NCBI GenBank assembly: GCA_964357255.1
Contig: CAYHKQ010000006.1
Location: 1-44,527, forward strand
Source of the DNA: an uncultured Elusimicrobia bacterium
Lineage (GTDB): Bacteria; Elusimicrobiota; Elusimicrobia; JACQPE01
Length of the DNA stretch: 44,527 bases
Direction: 5' to 3'
Part shown: in pieces, positions 27,037 to 37,055 of the stretch
How positions within the stretch are numbered: the stretch's first letter is position 1
Layout: each line of letters opens with the position of its first letter
Notes under the pieces: generated by a model
Database searches by the model: none
Told to the model about the DNA's origin: nothing
The model's input: the letters and a program-made list of their open reading frames with translations, nothing else
Position numbers and translations under genes: made by a program

Positions 27037-27040
27037 TTAG

Positions 27041-28213
27041 TTGGACCATCCGGACGCTTCGAAAGACTTGAGCGTTAAAAATCTTCTCTTTCTGCATCCC
27101 TTGGCCCATTTAGGGGGCGGCGAGGTTGCGCTTTATGATCTGCTGACCAGCCTTGATGGCAGACGCTATCGGGCGCATTTGGTTTTGCCTTGCGAGGGGC
27201 CCCTGTCGCAAAAATTGAGGGCAAAGAATATTTCGGTTTCGATTATTCCGTTTGCGCGCGGGATTCTGGGCCGATATCCGCCAGGCTTGACGCCGGGCGC
27301 TTTTGTTCAGATCGGACGGTTGGCAAAAAGCCTTCCGGCGCATTTAATTTTTATTAACGATTCCTATCTTTGTCTCTATGGGGGCATGATTGCCAGGTGG
27401 CTGGCAATCCCGTCGGTGATGGCGAGCCACGGCTGGTGGGATGTGCATTTTATTCACCAGGAGCTACTCCATCGCTGGCTCGGTTATCCGATTTTAGCGG
27501 TGAGCGAGGCGGTGCGCCAAAGCCTGTTGCAGCGCGGATGGCTTCAAGCCGGGCAGGTGCGCAGGATGTATCTTGGGGTGGACACGGAGCGCTTCCGTCC
27601 GGCCTCCAAAAGCGAGGCGAAGGCGCGTCTTGGCTGCGATCCTCAAGAGATCACCTTGACCATTGCCGCGCGGCTTATTCCTCGCAAGGGTCATGATGTG
27701 TTTTTTGAGGCGGCGAAGATCGTGATGCGTGATTTTCCGAGGTTGAGATTACTCGTCGTCGGCGACAAGATTTTTGAAAGTTTTGAAGAGAACGACGCCA
27801 CGAAACGTCAAATTCTGGGCTTGGTCGAGCGCGACCCTGAACTCAAGGCCCGGACTCTGTTTTTAGGATTCCGGGACGACATGCCGCTCGTCATGAATGC
27901 CACGGATGTCTTGATCTCATCCGCCTGGTTTGAGACCTTCGGCGTTGCTATTGCCGAGGCCATGTCCTCATGCGTCCCGGTGGTCAGCACGGACGTGGGC
28001 GGGCCTAACGAACTGGTGGCTGATGGGGTCACCGGATTTTTGGTTCCTCCCAACAAGCCGGATCTGGTGGCTGCCAAGACGCTTGAAATTTTAAAGAATC
28101 CGGATTTAGTCAGACGTTTCGGCGAGGCGGCGCGAGCAAGGGTCCTGGAGCATTTTTCATTGGACCGCTATGTGGCGAATATGGAAAATTTTCTTAAGAC
28201 TCTCTTGTCGTGA
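27041..28213 (+). CDS. GT4 glycosyltransferase; start may be TTG 27068
   Basis: GGGE, GVDTERF, RKGH, ETFGVAIAEAM, DGVTGFLV. Confidence 0.93.
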   Translation: MDHPDASKDLSVKNLLFLHPLAHLGGGEVALYDLLTSLDGRRYRAHLVLPCEGPLSQKLRAKNISVSIIPFARGILGRYPPGLTPGAFVQIGRLAKSLPAHLIFINDSYLCLYGGMIARWLAIPSVMASHGWWDVHFIHQELLHRWLGYPILAVSEAVRQSLLQRGWLQAGQVRRMYLGVDTERFRPASKSEAKARLGCDPQEITLTIAARLIPRKGHDVFFEAAKIVMRDFPRLRLLVVGDKIFESFEENDATKRQILGLVERDPELKARTLFLGFRDDMPLVMNATDVLISSAWFETFGVAIAEAMSSCVPVVSTDVGGPNELVADGVTGFLVPPNKPDLVAAKTLEILKNPDLVRRFGEAARARVLEHFSLDRYVANMENFLKTLLS

Positions 28214-29271
28214 GAATGAATATCCTGATCGTCAAGCTTGGAGCTTTGGGTGATGTCCTTCGGACCACTTCGATCTTACGGCCGTTAAGGAGAAAATATC
28301 GCGCCGCAAATATTGCCTGGCTGACATCCAAACCTGCCGAGGCTCTATTGCAAACCAATCCGTTGATTGACACGGTTTGCGTTATGGGAGGGTCTGTGCC
28401 GGCGGCGCTTACAAAACACCCTTGGGATTTGATTGTTTCGCTTGAAGAAGACGCTCAAGCTTGCCGTTGGGTCAATCGGATCCGGGCCCGGGAGATCGTC
28501 GGCGCTTATCTTAATGCGCAGGGCCGGCCGGTTTATACCGCTTCCAGCGCGCCGTGGTTCGACATGGGGGTTCTGAATCGGGGGGACGATGGAAGCCTCG
28601 ACACAGCCAATCGTCTTAAGAAAAAGAATACGAGGACTTACCCCGAGCTTTTAGCGCGTATTCTAGGGCTGAGTTTGGCGCGCTATCCCCAGGAGTATCG
28701 GCCGATCTTGGTTTTGAACGAACGCGACCGAAGGGCCAATGAGGAGTTCCGTAATCGGCATGGGATCGGCTCTCGGGAGCGGCTGATCGGCATTAATCTC
28801 GGCTCCGGAACGCGCTGGCTTTCTAAGCAACCGTCCGTGGAAACAACGGTTCAATGGATTCGGATGCTTCATCAGCGTTTTGGCAGGCGCATGATCTTGT
28901 TGGGCGGACCTGATGAAGTTGAGCGCAATCGGGCTATTTGTGAACGCTCCGGCGTTCCCCTGATGGACGCGGGAACAGGGCACACCATTTGCGGTTTTGC
29001 CTCGTTGATTGATTTATGCGAGTTAGTGGTCACGGCGGACACCTTGGCGCTTCATCTGGCTTCGGCGCTCCGTAAAAAAATTGTCGCGGTGTTCGGCCCG
29101 ACCTCGCCGGCGGAAATCGAGCTTTATGGCGACGGGGTCAAATTATTGCCTCCCAAGCCTTGCCGGTGTTACTACCGTCCCCGATGCCGGATCGCCCGGC
29201 ATTGCGCCGATCGAATCACCGGCGAGCGTCTGGTTGATGCCGTAGGCCGCCTGCTTAAACGTCGGCCATGA
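28210..29271 (+). CDS. GT9 (heptosyltransferase-like) glycosyltransferase
   Basis: KLGALGDV, NPLID, LGGPDE, TADTLALHLA, FGPT. Confidence 0.9.
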   Translation: MRMNILIVKLGALGDVLRTTSILRPLRRKYRAANIAWLTSKPAEALLQTNPLIDTVCVMGGSVPAALTKHPWDLIVSLEEDAQACRWVNRIRAREIVGAYLNAQGRPVYTASSAPWFDMGVLNRGDDGSLDTANRLKKKNTRTYPELLARILGLSLARYPQEYRPILVLNERDRRANEEFRNRHGIGSRERLIGINLGSGTRWLSKQPSVETTVQWIRMLHQRFGRRMILLGGPDEVERNRAICERSGVPLMDAGTGHTICGFASLIDLCELVVTADTLALHLASALRKKIVAVFGPTSPAEIELYGDGVKLLPPKPCRCYYRPRCRIARHCADRITGERLVDAVGRLLKRRP

Positions 29272-30467
29272 AAATTCTTTTTTTGACCCACACCTATCCA
29301 TATCCCTTAGATGACGGCGTGCGGCTTCATGTTTATTATCTCTTGAAATATTTGGCTTTGGATAATGAGATTGCGCTATTGAGCCTTTCCGACGCGCCGG
29401 TGGGCGATGAGGGACGAGAGGCGATCTTAAAGCTCGGGGTGCGTAGCGCAGAGGTCGTGGTTCATCCAATTATGAAGTCTCCATGGGATCGGCTCCTCAA
29501 TTGCCTTTTTGACCCCGTGCCGTTTTTTGTCCGGCAGTTTCAATCCCCTGCTTTTGGCCAGTCCATTAAGCGCGCATTGGCCGGTCAAACCGTGGACGTG
29601 ATTCATGCGGATTATCTTTCCTTGGCTATTTATTTGGACGCATTCGCGGGCCGGCCGGCGGTGGCTTTTCCGCATGACGCGGTGTCCATGCTTTTTGAGC
29701 GAAGCTTGCGGAGGGAAACCGGTATTCTGCGGCGTTTTTATCAGAGCCTTCAGTTTCGTAAAATATTGCGTTTTGAAATTGAGCGCTTGCCGCTGTTTAA
29801 AAGCGTGGCCGTCGTTTCCGAGGTGGACCGGCAGTACCTGTTGCGGCGCCTGCCCGGTTTAAAAATTGCCGTGGTCACCAATGGCGTGGATACGGAGTAT
29901 TTTATGCCACAGCCGGACCGGGAAGCGGCCGAGCCCACGATTCTTTTTCGCGGGGTCATGAATTTTTTTCCCAACCATGACGCCGCTCTTTATTTTTATA
30001 AGGAGATTTTTCCAAAAATTCGTGTCCGGCAACCGGGGGCTCGTTTTATAGCGGCTGGGAAAAATCCGGACCCAATGTGGCGCCGTCTGGCCCAAAATGA
30101 CCCCGGGCTTAGGGTGACCGGCTATGTCGAGGACATGAGGGAGATTATGGCCCAAGCATGGGTCGTGGCTTGTCCCATGAGGGCCGCCTCGGGTATTCAA
30201 AACAAAGTCCTCGAACCCATGGCCATGGGCAAGGCTATCGTGGCCACCCCCCTGGCCACCGAGGGTTTGCGTTTGACGGATGGCCAACACGTGATGCTGG
30301 CCCAGGATCCGGAGGCGTTTGCCCAAAAAGTTTTGGCTCTTTTGGCGGATGCCCAGCTTCGCCGTCAATTGGGGGACAGGGCTCGCGAGCATGTCCTGAG
30401 CCATCACCATTGGCGGTCCAACGCCGTGATATTCAATAAGCTCTATAAAGAAGCGGCGTCTTTTTAG
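29268..30467 (+). CDS. GT4 glycosyltransferase
   Basis: PYPLDDG, VVSEVD, NGVD, G.MNFFPN, GIQNKVLEPMAMG. Confidence 0.92.
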   Translation: MKILFLTHTYPYPLDDGVRLHVYYLLKYLALDNEIALLSLSDAPVGDEGREAILKLGVRSAEVVVHPIMKSPWDRLLNCLFDPVPFFVRQFQSPAFGQSIKRALAGQTVDVIHADYLSLAIYLDAFAGRPAVAFPHDAVSMLFERSLRRETGILRRFYQSLQFRKILRFEIERLPLFKSVAVVSEVDRQYLLRRLPGLKIAVVTNGVDTEYFMPQPDREAAEPTILFRGVMNFFPNHDAALYFYKEIFPKIRVRQPGARFIAAGKNPDPMWRRLAQNDPGLRVTGYVEDMREIMAQAWVVACPMRAASGIQNKVLEPMAMGKAIVATPLATEGLRLTDGQHVMLAQDPEAFAQKVLALLADAQLRRQLGDRAREHVLSHHHWRSNAVIFNKLYKEAASF

Positions 30468-30482
30468 TATTCTTAAATTCTT

Positions 30483-31268
30483 ATGGCTCAAAATCCTCAA
30501 GTCGTGATTCTTTGCGGCGGCAAAGGCACCCGCCTGCGCGAGCGCACCGAGGAGATACCCAAGCCCATGGTCGAGATTGGGGATATGCCGATTCTTTGGC
30601 ACATCATGAAGCTCTACTCCCATTACGGATTTAAGGATTTTATTCTTTGCTTGGGCTACAAAGGAGAAGCTATCCGTAAATTTTTTGTCCAATACGGCCG
30701 ATGGCGCAAAAAAAATTTCGTGCTTGATTCCCAAAAAATTCGTTATTTCAACAACGAAAAAGATGATATTGAGGATTGGCGCATCAGCTTCGTGGACACT
30801 GGACCGCAAACTAATACGGGCGGCCGTATTAAAAAAATTGAGAAATATGTGCGGAGTTCACCCTTTTTCGTGACTTATGGCGACGGTCTGTCCGATATTA
30901 ACATTGCCGAGCTTCTCAAGTACCATCGGCGTCACGGCAAGATCGGCACGTTGACTTGCGTCAAGCCTCGGATCCAATTCGGCACGGTAGATTTAGATAA
31001 GGCCAACGCGGTCGTCAAATATGAAGAGAAGCCCCCAAGCAAGAAATGGGTCAGCGGCGGATTTTTTGTTTTCGACAAGGAGCTTTTTAGCCATATCAAC
31101 GACAATGATATTTTAGAAGCCGAGGTTTTTAACCGCTTGGTTAAGAAGCGTGAATTGGTGGGCCATTGTTTTGGCGGTTATTGGGAATGTATGGATACTT
31201 ATAAGGATACGCAAAGACTCAATGATCTTTGGGCGAGCGGCCATGCCCCTTGGAAGGCTTGGCCATGA
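30483..31268 (+). CDS. rfbF: Glucose-1-phosphate cytidylyltransferase
   Basis: LCGGKGTRL, PKPMVEIG..PILWHIMK.YS, TGGRIK, TYGDG, WECMDT. Confidence 0.93.
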   Translation: MAQNPQVVILCGGKGTRLRERTEEIPKPMVEIGDMPILWHIMKLYSHYGFKDFILCLGYKGEAIRKFFVQYGRWRKKNFVLDSQKIRYFNNEKDDIEDWRISFVDTGPQTNTGGRIKKIEKYVRSSPFFVTYGDGLSDINIAELLKYHRRHGKIGTLTCVKPRIQFGTVDLDKANAVVKYEEKPPSKKWVSGGFFVFDKELFSHINDNDILEAEVFNRLVKKRELVGHCFGGYWECMDTYKDTQRLNDLWASGHAPWKAWP

Positions 31269-32269
31269 CGTTATCTCATCGGCGCAAGTTTTGGAAAGCC
31301 CGCCCCGTGCTGGTCACGGGCGGAGCCGGGTTTTTGGGCTCCTGGCTCAGCAAAACCCTGGTTGAACTGGGGGCCGGGGTGGTTTGCCTGATCCGTGATC
31401 AGGAGCCAAATTCCTATCTGAACTTTACCGGCGCCGGCAGAAAAGTGACGATTGTTTTGGGCGAACTCGAAGATTATTTTTTGTTGGAGCGCGTGTTTAA
31501 TGAGTATCAGATTGACACCTGTTTTCATTTGGGCGCCCAGCCGATCGTGACTGCGGCTGACCGGTTTCCCTTGGCTACGTTTGAATCCAATATCCGAGGC
31601 ACATGGAATGTCTTAGAGGCGGCCCGGAAGATGCCGCATTTAAAATGTCTCGCTGTCGCCTCCAGCGACAAGGCCTACGGCATCAGCGAGAAGTTGCCTT
31701 ATCGTGAGGACGACGCGTTAAAAGGCATTCACGTCTATGACGTTTCTAAAACATGCGCCGATCTTTTGACGCAAAGTTATATTCATTCCTACCGCTTGCC
31801 AGCGGTCATTTCCCGTTGCGGCAATTTTTATGGCCCAGGGGATTTAAATTTTGACCGGCTAATCCCTGGAACGATTCGTTCCTTGACGCTTAATGAGAGC
31901 CCGATTATCCGTAGCGACGGCAAGTATCTGCGGGATTACATTTATATTGAAGACGTCGTAGGAGCCTATCTTGCGCTCGCCGAAAATATTGACCGCGTCA
32001 AGGGAGATGCTTTTAATTTCGGCACCGCGACCCCGACTTCCGTAATTGACGTGGTTGAAGAGTTGATTTCTATTTCCGGTAAAAGCCATCTTAAGCCCTG
32101 CATACTTAACACGGCCAAAAATGAAATTTACGCGCAATATGTCGCTATTGACAAGGCCAAAAAAGCGCTGTCCTGGCATCCCAAATTTACGCTCCGCGAA
32201 GGCTTGAAAGCGACCTATGGCTGGTATCGCGATTTTTTGAAGAGACCCCAGAGAGTTAAGGCAGTTTAA
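31265..32269 (+). CDS. rfbG: CDP-glucose 4,6-dehydratase-like
   Basis: FW....VLVTG, GSWL, HLGAQ, SSDKAY, YDVSK, GPGD.NFDRLIP. ATGA-coupled to rfbF. Confidence 0.8.
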   Translation: MTLSHRRKFWKARPVLVTGGAGFLGSWLSKTLVELGAGVVCLIRDQEPNSYLNFTGAGRKVTIVLGELEDYFLLERVFNEYQIDTCFHLGAQPIVTAADRFPLATFESNIRGTWNVLEAARKMPHLKCLAVASSDKAYGISEKLPYREDDALKGIHVYDVSKTCADLLTQSYIHSYRLPAVISRCGNFYGPGDLNFDRLIPGTIRSLTLNESPIIRSDGKYLRDYIYIEDVVGAYLALAENIDRVKGDAFNFGTATPTSVIDVVEELISISGKSHLKPCILNTAKNEIYAQYVAIDKAKKALSWHPKFTLREGLKATYGWYRDFLKRPQRVKAV

Positions 32270-32295
32270 GTTTTTGCCGCCATGAGCAAAAATTA

Positions 32296-33243
32296 ATGAA
32301 CGAGTCGGAGTTTGGCCGCCAGTTTCGGGGCAAGAAAGTCCTGGTCACTGGGGCGTCCGGATTTTTAGGGACAAACCTCGTCAAGCAGTTGCTGGAACTG
32401 GGCGCTCAGGTGCTGGCCACTGGACGCCGCCGAGCATCTCATTTGGAGCCCGCGATCCATTATGCCACCTTGGATTTCGTCTCGCCGCTAAAAGGCCTTG
32501 AGGCGGCTCAAGAATTCAAACCGGACTTCGTCATTCATCTGGCCTGTCCGCCGGATCAGGAGGCAAGCCCCGAGAGCGAGCATCTCTTCGGTCAATGGGC
32601 GGCCGGCTCAGTGGACTTTTTATCGGCCATGAGCCAGGTTTCCTCGGTGAAGGCTTTTTTGGTTGCCGGCTCGGTGAAAGAATATGGGACTGGTTCAGCT
32701 CCTTTTGGTCCCGGCCAGGCCTTAATGCCGGTTTCGGCTTATGGAGCGGCTAAAGCGTCCGTGTCCGCCTTTGCCTCGTATTTTCGGCAAATTCGGCGGC
32801 TCAACACGGTCGTGCTTCGTTTGGCTACGGTTTATGGCCCTGGCCAGAGCCAGGGGGGCATCATTGATGCCGCCTGTCGGGCTTTGCGGCAGAAAAGTCC
32901 TTTGCGGATGACAGCCGGTGAACAGGTCCGAGAATTCCTTTATATAGACGACGCCGCGCGGGCCATTGTGTTGGCGCTGGTCTGCGCGGAACATCCCGAG
33001 GCAGGGGCGCTGACCCTGGGCGGCCACAAGCCCGTCAAGCTGATAGATTTGGTGAAATGTTTAATGATGTTGGAGGGGGGCGGGAATCTTGTGCAGGCCG
33101 GGGCGCTCCCCTATCGCGCTTCGGAAGTTTTTGACATGAGGGTTGACTCAAGTCTTTTTGGCAAGTTGACTGGCTGGTCGCCCTGTGTAAGCATTGAGGA
33201 AGGGCTTCGGCGCACCTGGCAGTGGTATTGTTCTCATGCCTGA
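32296..33243 (+). CDS. NAD(P)-dependent 4-ketoreductase/epimerase (extended SDR)
   Basis: TGASGFLG, YGAAK, VYGPGQ, GEQVREFLYIDD, GALPYR. Confidence 0.85.
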   Translation: MNESEFGRQFRGKKVLVTGASGFLGTNLVKQLLELGAQVLATGRRRASHLEPAIHYATLDFVSPLKGLEAAQEFKPDFVIHLACPPDQEASPESEHLFGQWAAGSVDFLSAMSQVSSVKAFLVAGSVKEYGTGSAPFGPGQALMPVSAYGAAKASVSAFASYFRQIRRLNTVVLRLATVYGPGQSQGGIIDAACRALRQKSPLRMTAGEQVREFLYIDDAARAIVLALVCAEHPEAGALTLGGHKPVKLIDLVKCLMMLEGGGNLVQAGALPYRASEVFDMRVDSSLFGKLTGWSPCVSIEEGLRRTWQWYCSHA

Positions 33244-33652
33244 AATCAGCGGTGTTTTTTCTACGGCCATCGCCGTTCATGCCGACGAGCGTGGAACATT
33301 GTGGAAACTAATTCAGGCCCAATTCAATGAAAGATTCGCGTTCGGAGAGACCTATCTCACGGCGGCTAAGCCGGGGGTCTGGAGGGCCGGGCATTATCAT
33401 GAGGAAATCCGCGAGTGGTTCATCGTCATCGAGGGCCGGGCGCTGTTTCGTTTTTATAATCTTGATACGGATGAGCGTCTTGAAATGGAGGTGGCCGCCG
33501 AGGACCGCCTGCGCCTTGAAGTAGCTCCTCGCGTGGCCCACTCCTTTAAAAATACGGGCCCAGGGCCCTTGTTGCTTTTGGCCATTGCCAGCAAATGTTA
33601 CGATTCTCAAAAGCCGGACACCTATGCCGAGACAAAGGTCGCTTTTAGTTAG
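33236..33652 (+). CDS. Cupin nucleotide-sugar epimerase/isomerase
   Basis: DERG, PGVWRAGHYH...EWF.VI.G, HSFKN, PDT. ATG 33236 overlaps the upstream stop. Confidence 0.82.
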   Translation: MPEISGVFSTAIAVHADERGTLWKLIQAQFNERFAFGETYLTAAKPGVWRAGHYHEEIREWFIVIEGRALFRFYNLDTDERLEMEVAAEDRLRLEVAPRVAHSFKNTGPGPLLLLAIASKCYDSQKPDTYAETKVAFS

Positions 33653-34465
33653 ATGAGCTCCCTTTCCAGGGTCGCGATTTTTATACCCGCCTACCAAGCG
33701 GCCCGGGTTATCGAGTCTACTTTAGAGCGCATTCCGCTTAAGGTTTGGGAGATGGTGGATGAGATTTTTGTCCACGACAACTGTTCCACTGATGGCACGG
33801 CCGAGATTGCGAAGCGTTGCGGCGAGCGTTTAGGCGGGGGGAAGTTTAAATTGTTTGAGTTGGAGCGCAACATAGGTTACGGCGGAACCAAGAAACGCGC
33901 CTATCAATACGCCGTCCGCAGGGGATTTGATTTTGTCGTGATGCTTCATGCCGACGGCCAGTATCCGCCGGAATATATCCCAGAGCTTCTCGCGCCCCTG
34001 GTGCGCGGCGAGTGCGAGATGGTGCAGGGTTCGCGCGTGGATCACTTAAAAGGCGGGATGCCTTTATATAAGATTATTGCCAATCGCGCGCTCAATATGA
34101 TTGAGGAAGCCGTTTTTGGATACCGCCTTCATGAATATCACAGCGGATTTCGGGCCTATTCCTGCAAGGCTCTGGCCAAGATGCCCCTGGAACGTTTAAG
34201 CGATGGGCACTTGATTACGGCCGAGATTGTCGCTTTGCTCAAATATCACGGCATGAGAGCGAGGGAAGTCTGCGTGCCGACCTTTTATACGGACAAAACA
34301 TCGTCGTGCTCCTTTAGCACCTCGGTCCGTTACGGTATCGGCGTTCTGCCGGTTTTGTTCGGTTATTTATTGGCGAGCAAAAAATTATCCTTGGGCCGGC
34401 TTTATGAGCCAGGCGCGCAAAGCCTGCAGTCTCAAAAGGAGCGGGGGTCCGTTGCCGAGCGATAA
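33653..34465 (+). CDS. GT2 glycosyltransferase, DPM1-like
   Basis: IPAY, DNCSTDGT, GYGG, HADGQY, GSR, GGMPLYK, EYHSGFRAY. Confidence 0.92.
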   Translation: MSSLSRVAIFIPAYQAARVIESTLERIPLKVWEMVDEIFVHDNCSTDGTAEIAKRCGERLGGGKFKLFELERNIGYGGTKKRAYQYAVRRGFDFVVMLHADGQYPPEYIPELLAPLVRGECEMVQGSRVDHLKGGMPLYKIIANRALNMIEEAVFGYRLHEYHSGFRAYSCKALAKMPLERLSDGHLITAEIVALLKYHGMRAREVCVPTFYTDKTSSCSFSTSVRYGIGVLPVLFGYLLASKKLSLGRLYEPGAQSLQSQKERGSVAER

Positions 34466-36221
34466 ATCTCGTTTGGCCGTTTGGGCCGTTTTTTTGGCGA
34501 GCGCCGCCTTGGCGGGGAGGTGTTATTTCGCTCATTTAACATGGGGAGCGCCGAGCCCTGAGAGAACCAGGGCGGTCATGGGAAGCCTGGAAGAGTTGAA
34601 ACGATGGGCTCCCCGCATGCTCGAGCTACGGCAGACCTATTATCGCGCCCTGGAGAACTTGTTGGATCCCGCCAAAACTTTTAAAGATAATTACGATAAG
34701 GCGTACAATCGGCATCGTTTTGAACCATGGGCGACGCTCCCCCGGGATGCCGTGTTGGATCAAATGCGGGCCTTTTTGCTCGGGGTCATGAATTCCGACG
34801 AGCAAAACACCTTAACCTCTTTGACTCAACTAAAAAATATTCTCAAGCCCGGATTTATTCCCGGCTTCGCGACGTTTTATTATGGAGGCAGTTATCTTTT
34901 TCTCTGCGGGGCCGTTCTCAAGGCGGCCAGCCTGGCAGGGGTTTTCCATTTGACGGGCGACGTGGGGTATTACTTGTTCCATCCCGAGCAAATCCGCGCG
35001 ATGTATTGGCTGGCCCGGGCCATGGGGCCCGCGACGCTGTTTATCTCAGCCGTGTTTTTATGGATTTTTATGAAGCGCCGTTTTGGTTTGGGGCTGGCTT
35101 GCTTGGCTACGACTTTTTATCTTTTCACCCCGGGTCTGGTTTATTACGCCCATTTAGCCAAGCCCCATGTCTACGCCGCTTCGCTCATGGCGATCGGGCT
35201 TTTTTGGTGTCTGAAAATTTTGGATCAACCGGTGAAGAAAAATTATTTGATGGCGGGTTTATTCCTAGGCCTTTCGGCGGGCGCATTGATCACCAATCTG
35301 CCGGTTTTGGCGTTGCTGGTTTTAGCCGAGGCCTTGCGTGAGGATTGGAACTGGCGGCGCGTGGTATCGAGTCGTTTAATGTGGATGGGCTTGGGCATCG
35401 CGTTGCTTGCGTATTTTGTGACGAATTTTCATTTTTATATTTATTTTAGGCATTTTCTTCGTTCCATCAGAACCTGGGACGAATATGGGGCTGGATACGG
35501 ACATTTTCTCTGGGGAAATATACCGCCATATCTCAAAGACATTTGGACAATGCAAATCCATTGGCTTTTTTTGCCCTGTTTGATTTTTGGCATGGTCACG
35601 GCGTTCCAACGCAAGGACAAGGGGGGCATTTTGTGTGTTTTTGGATGGGCCTTGCTTTTTGTTCTTGACTTGATCCTGACGCGCCATTGGGGCGTGAATC
35701 TCAGAACCATTCCATTTTTTACGATATTTTTTGCTTTGGCTCTCGAGCGGCTGTGGTCGTTGCGCGGCGGATTTATTCCGAAGCTGGTTTTGGCGTCAGC
35801 CGCGCTCGGCTTGCTTTTGGATGCGGGGCAATGTCATTTTTATTCGTTTTTATTCAAAAGCCCCATGAATGTCGAAAAGGCCTCGGTCTGGGCGCAAAAT
35901 AATTTGCCGCGCGGATCCAGCGTTGGGATTTTCAGCGGCACGTTTGGGCCGATTAGTATGCCCGCTTTTCGGTTTCTCGATCATCGTTTGGTCAATATTC
36001 CGGATCAACCTGCCGAGGTTTTTTGGAAAGAATCGGATTTGCCCGAATATGTGATCATCTCGGGCGAGCCGCGCTTCCCGATAATGCGCGGGCTCCTCAA
36101 GGATTTTTATCAATCTTCCGTTTGCTGGCCCAAGAAGGACAGATTGATGGGCGTTAAATTCGGCAATATTTGGCTTGACACGGCGGCTACCTGCGTTTAT
36201 CAAAGACGATCCGGTTCTTGA
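34404..36221 (+). CDS. GT-C membrane glycosyltransferase; start may be TTG 34452
   Basis: TWGAPS, NSDE acidic motif, AHLAKP, many TM helices, soluble C-terminal domain. Confidence 0.78.
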   Translation: MSQARKACSLKRSGGPLPSDKSRLAVWAVFLASAALAGRCYFAHLTWGAPSPERTRAVMGSLEELKRWAPRMLELRQTYYRALENLLDPAKTFKDNYDKAYNRHRFEPWATLPRDAVLDQMRAFLLGVMNSDEQNTLTSLTQLKNILKPGFIPGFATFYYGGSYLFLCGAVLKAASLAGVFHLTGDVGYYLFHPEQIRAMYWLARAMGPATLFISAVFLWIFMKRRFGLGLACLATTFYLFTPGLVYYAHLAKPHVYAASLMAIGLFWCLKILDQPVKKNYLMAGLFLGLSAGALITNLPVLALLVLAEALREDWNWRRVVSSRLMWMGLGIALLAYFVTNFHFYIYFRHFLRSIRTWDEYGAGYGHFLWGNIPPYLKDIWTMQIHWLFLPCLIFGMVTAFQRKDKGGILCVFGWALLFVLDLILTRHWGVNLRTIPFFTIFFALALERLWSLRGGFIPKLVLASAALGLLLDAGQCHFYSFLFKSPMNVEKASVWAQNNLPRGSSVGIFSGTFGPISMPAFRFLDHRLVNIPDQPAEVFWKESDLPEYVIISGEPRFPIMRGLLKDFYQSSVCWPKKDRLMGVKFGNIWLDTAATCVYQRRSGS

Positions 36222-36240
36222 GAAAAAATTTAGCCGGTTG

Positions 36241-37029
36241 TTATTTTTTGTTCAGGACAAAAATATGATGGATGGCTAAGGCCGGCATTAATGGCGCCAG
36301 GAGGACGTCGTCCATCCAATGAAGAAGGCCAAAGAGGAAATCGGGGGCCAGTTGCGGCCGCCAAATGCCGCCCGTAGCGATGTATTCGAGGAAGCCGAAG
36401 GAGCGCCGGTAGCTGAGTTCGAGTTTTGGAAATTCTGTTTTGAATTGGGCGTGATCTCTTTTTAAAACGAGGTAGCTTAACGCCTGGTTGGCGCCGCTCA
36501 TGGGGCCTGTCGAGGGGAATTCCCAGGCGACCGCCTTATCGTCAAAGGGTTCTTCATGACAATGGGTAAAGAGGAATTTGGCCAGAGGACTCCAGTAGGG
36601 CTCAATGGCCACGATGGCGCCGCCTGGCTTTAGGACGCGGACGGCCTCTGCAAAAAATTTGCGGATTTCCGGTATATGGTGTAAGCAATGGAAAGCGTAT
36701 ATCGCCGCTACCGACTGACTTTTATCCGGGAACTCTCTGGCATCTAAGACGCGGTCGAGTCCGGGCACCGGCTTGATGTCCGTCGTGAGAGCCTGTGGCC
36801 GGATTTCCTTGAAGAAGCCGCCGCCGCCGCCGATTTCTATTTCAAGTCCTTGGACGCCGGGGGCATAGCGTTCGCGAAGGCGGATCATTTCCCGGTAGGC
36901 GCGGGCGTAGAAATTACGCAGGGGTTTTTTTGATTTGAAAATGGCGGCTTGTAAAACGGCGCTTTGAGCGTTGTTTTGGTCAAGATTGCGGCAGGGGGAA
37001 CACTTTAAAATTTCGCTCAAATTTTTCAT
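36241..37029 (-). CDS. Class I SAM-dependent methyltransferase
   Basis: EIGGGGGF, LHHIP, RVLKPGG, EP. Confidence 0.88.
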   Translation of the reverse strand: MKNLSEILKCSPCRNLDQNNAQSAVLQAAIFKSKKPLRNFYARAYREMIRLRERYAPGVQGLEIEIGGGGGFFKEIRPQALTTDIKPVPGLDRVLDAREFPDKSQSVAAIYAFHCLHHIPEIRKFFAEAVRVLKPGGAIVAIEPYWSPLAKFLFTHCHEEPFDDKAVAWEFPSTGPMSGANQALSYLVLKRDHAQFKTEFPKLELSYRRSFGFLEYIATGGIWRPQLAPDFLFGLLHWMDDVLLAPLMPALAIHHIFVLNKK

Positions 37030-37055
37030 GGTTACATGCTATCAATTTGTATAAA

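Noticed and set aside
26864-27109. Short ORFs on both strands over the MITE
   Set aside because: They arise from the inverted-repeat element and show no transposase features.
29859-30809. 316-aa antisense ORF
   Set aside because: Shadow of the well-supported GT4 and rfbF genes; no recognisable motifs.
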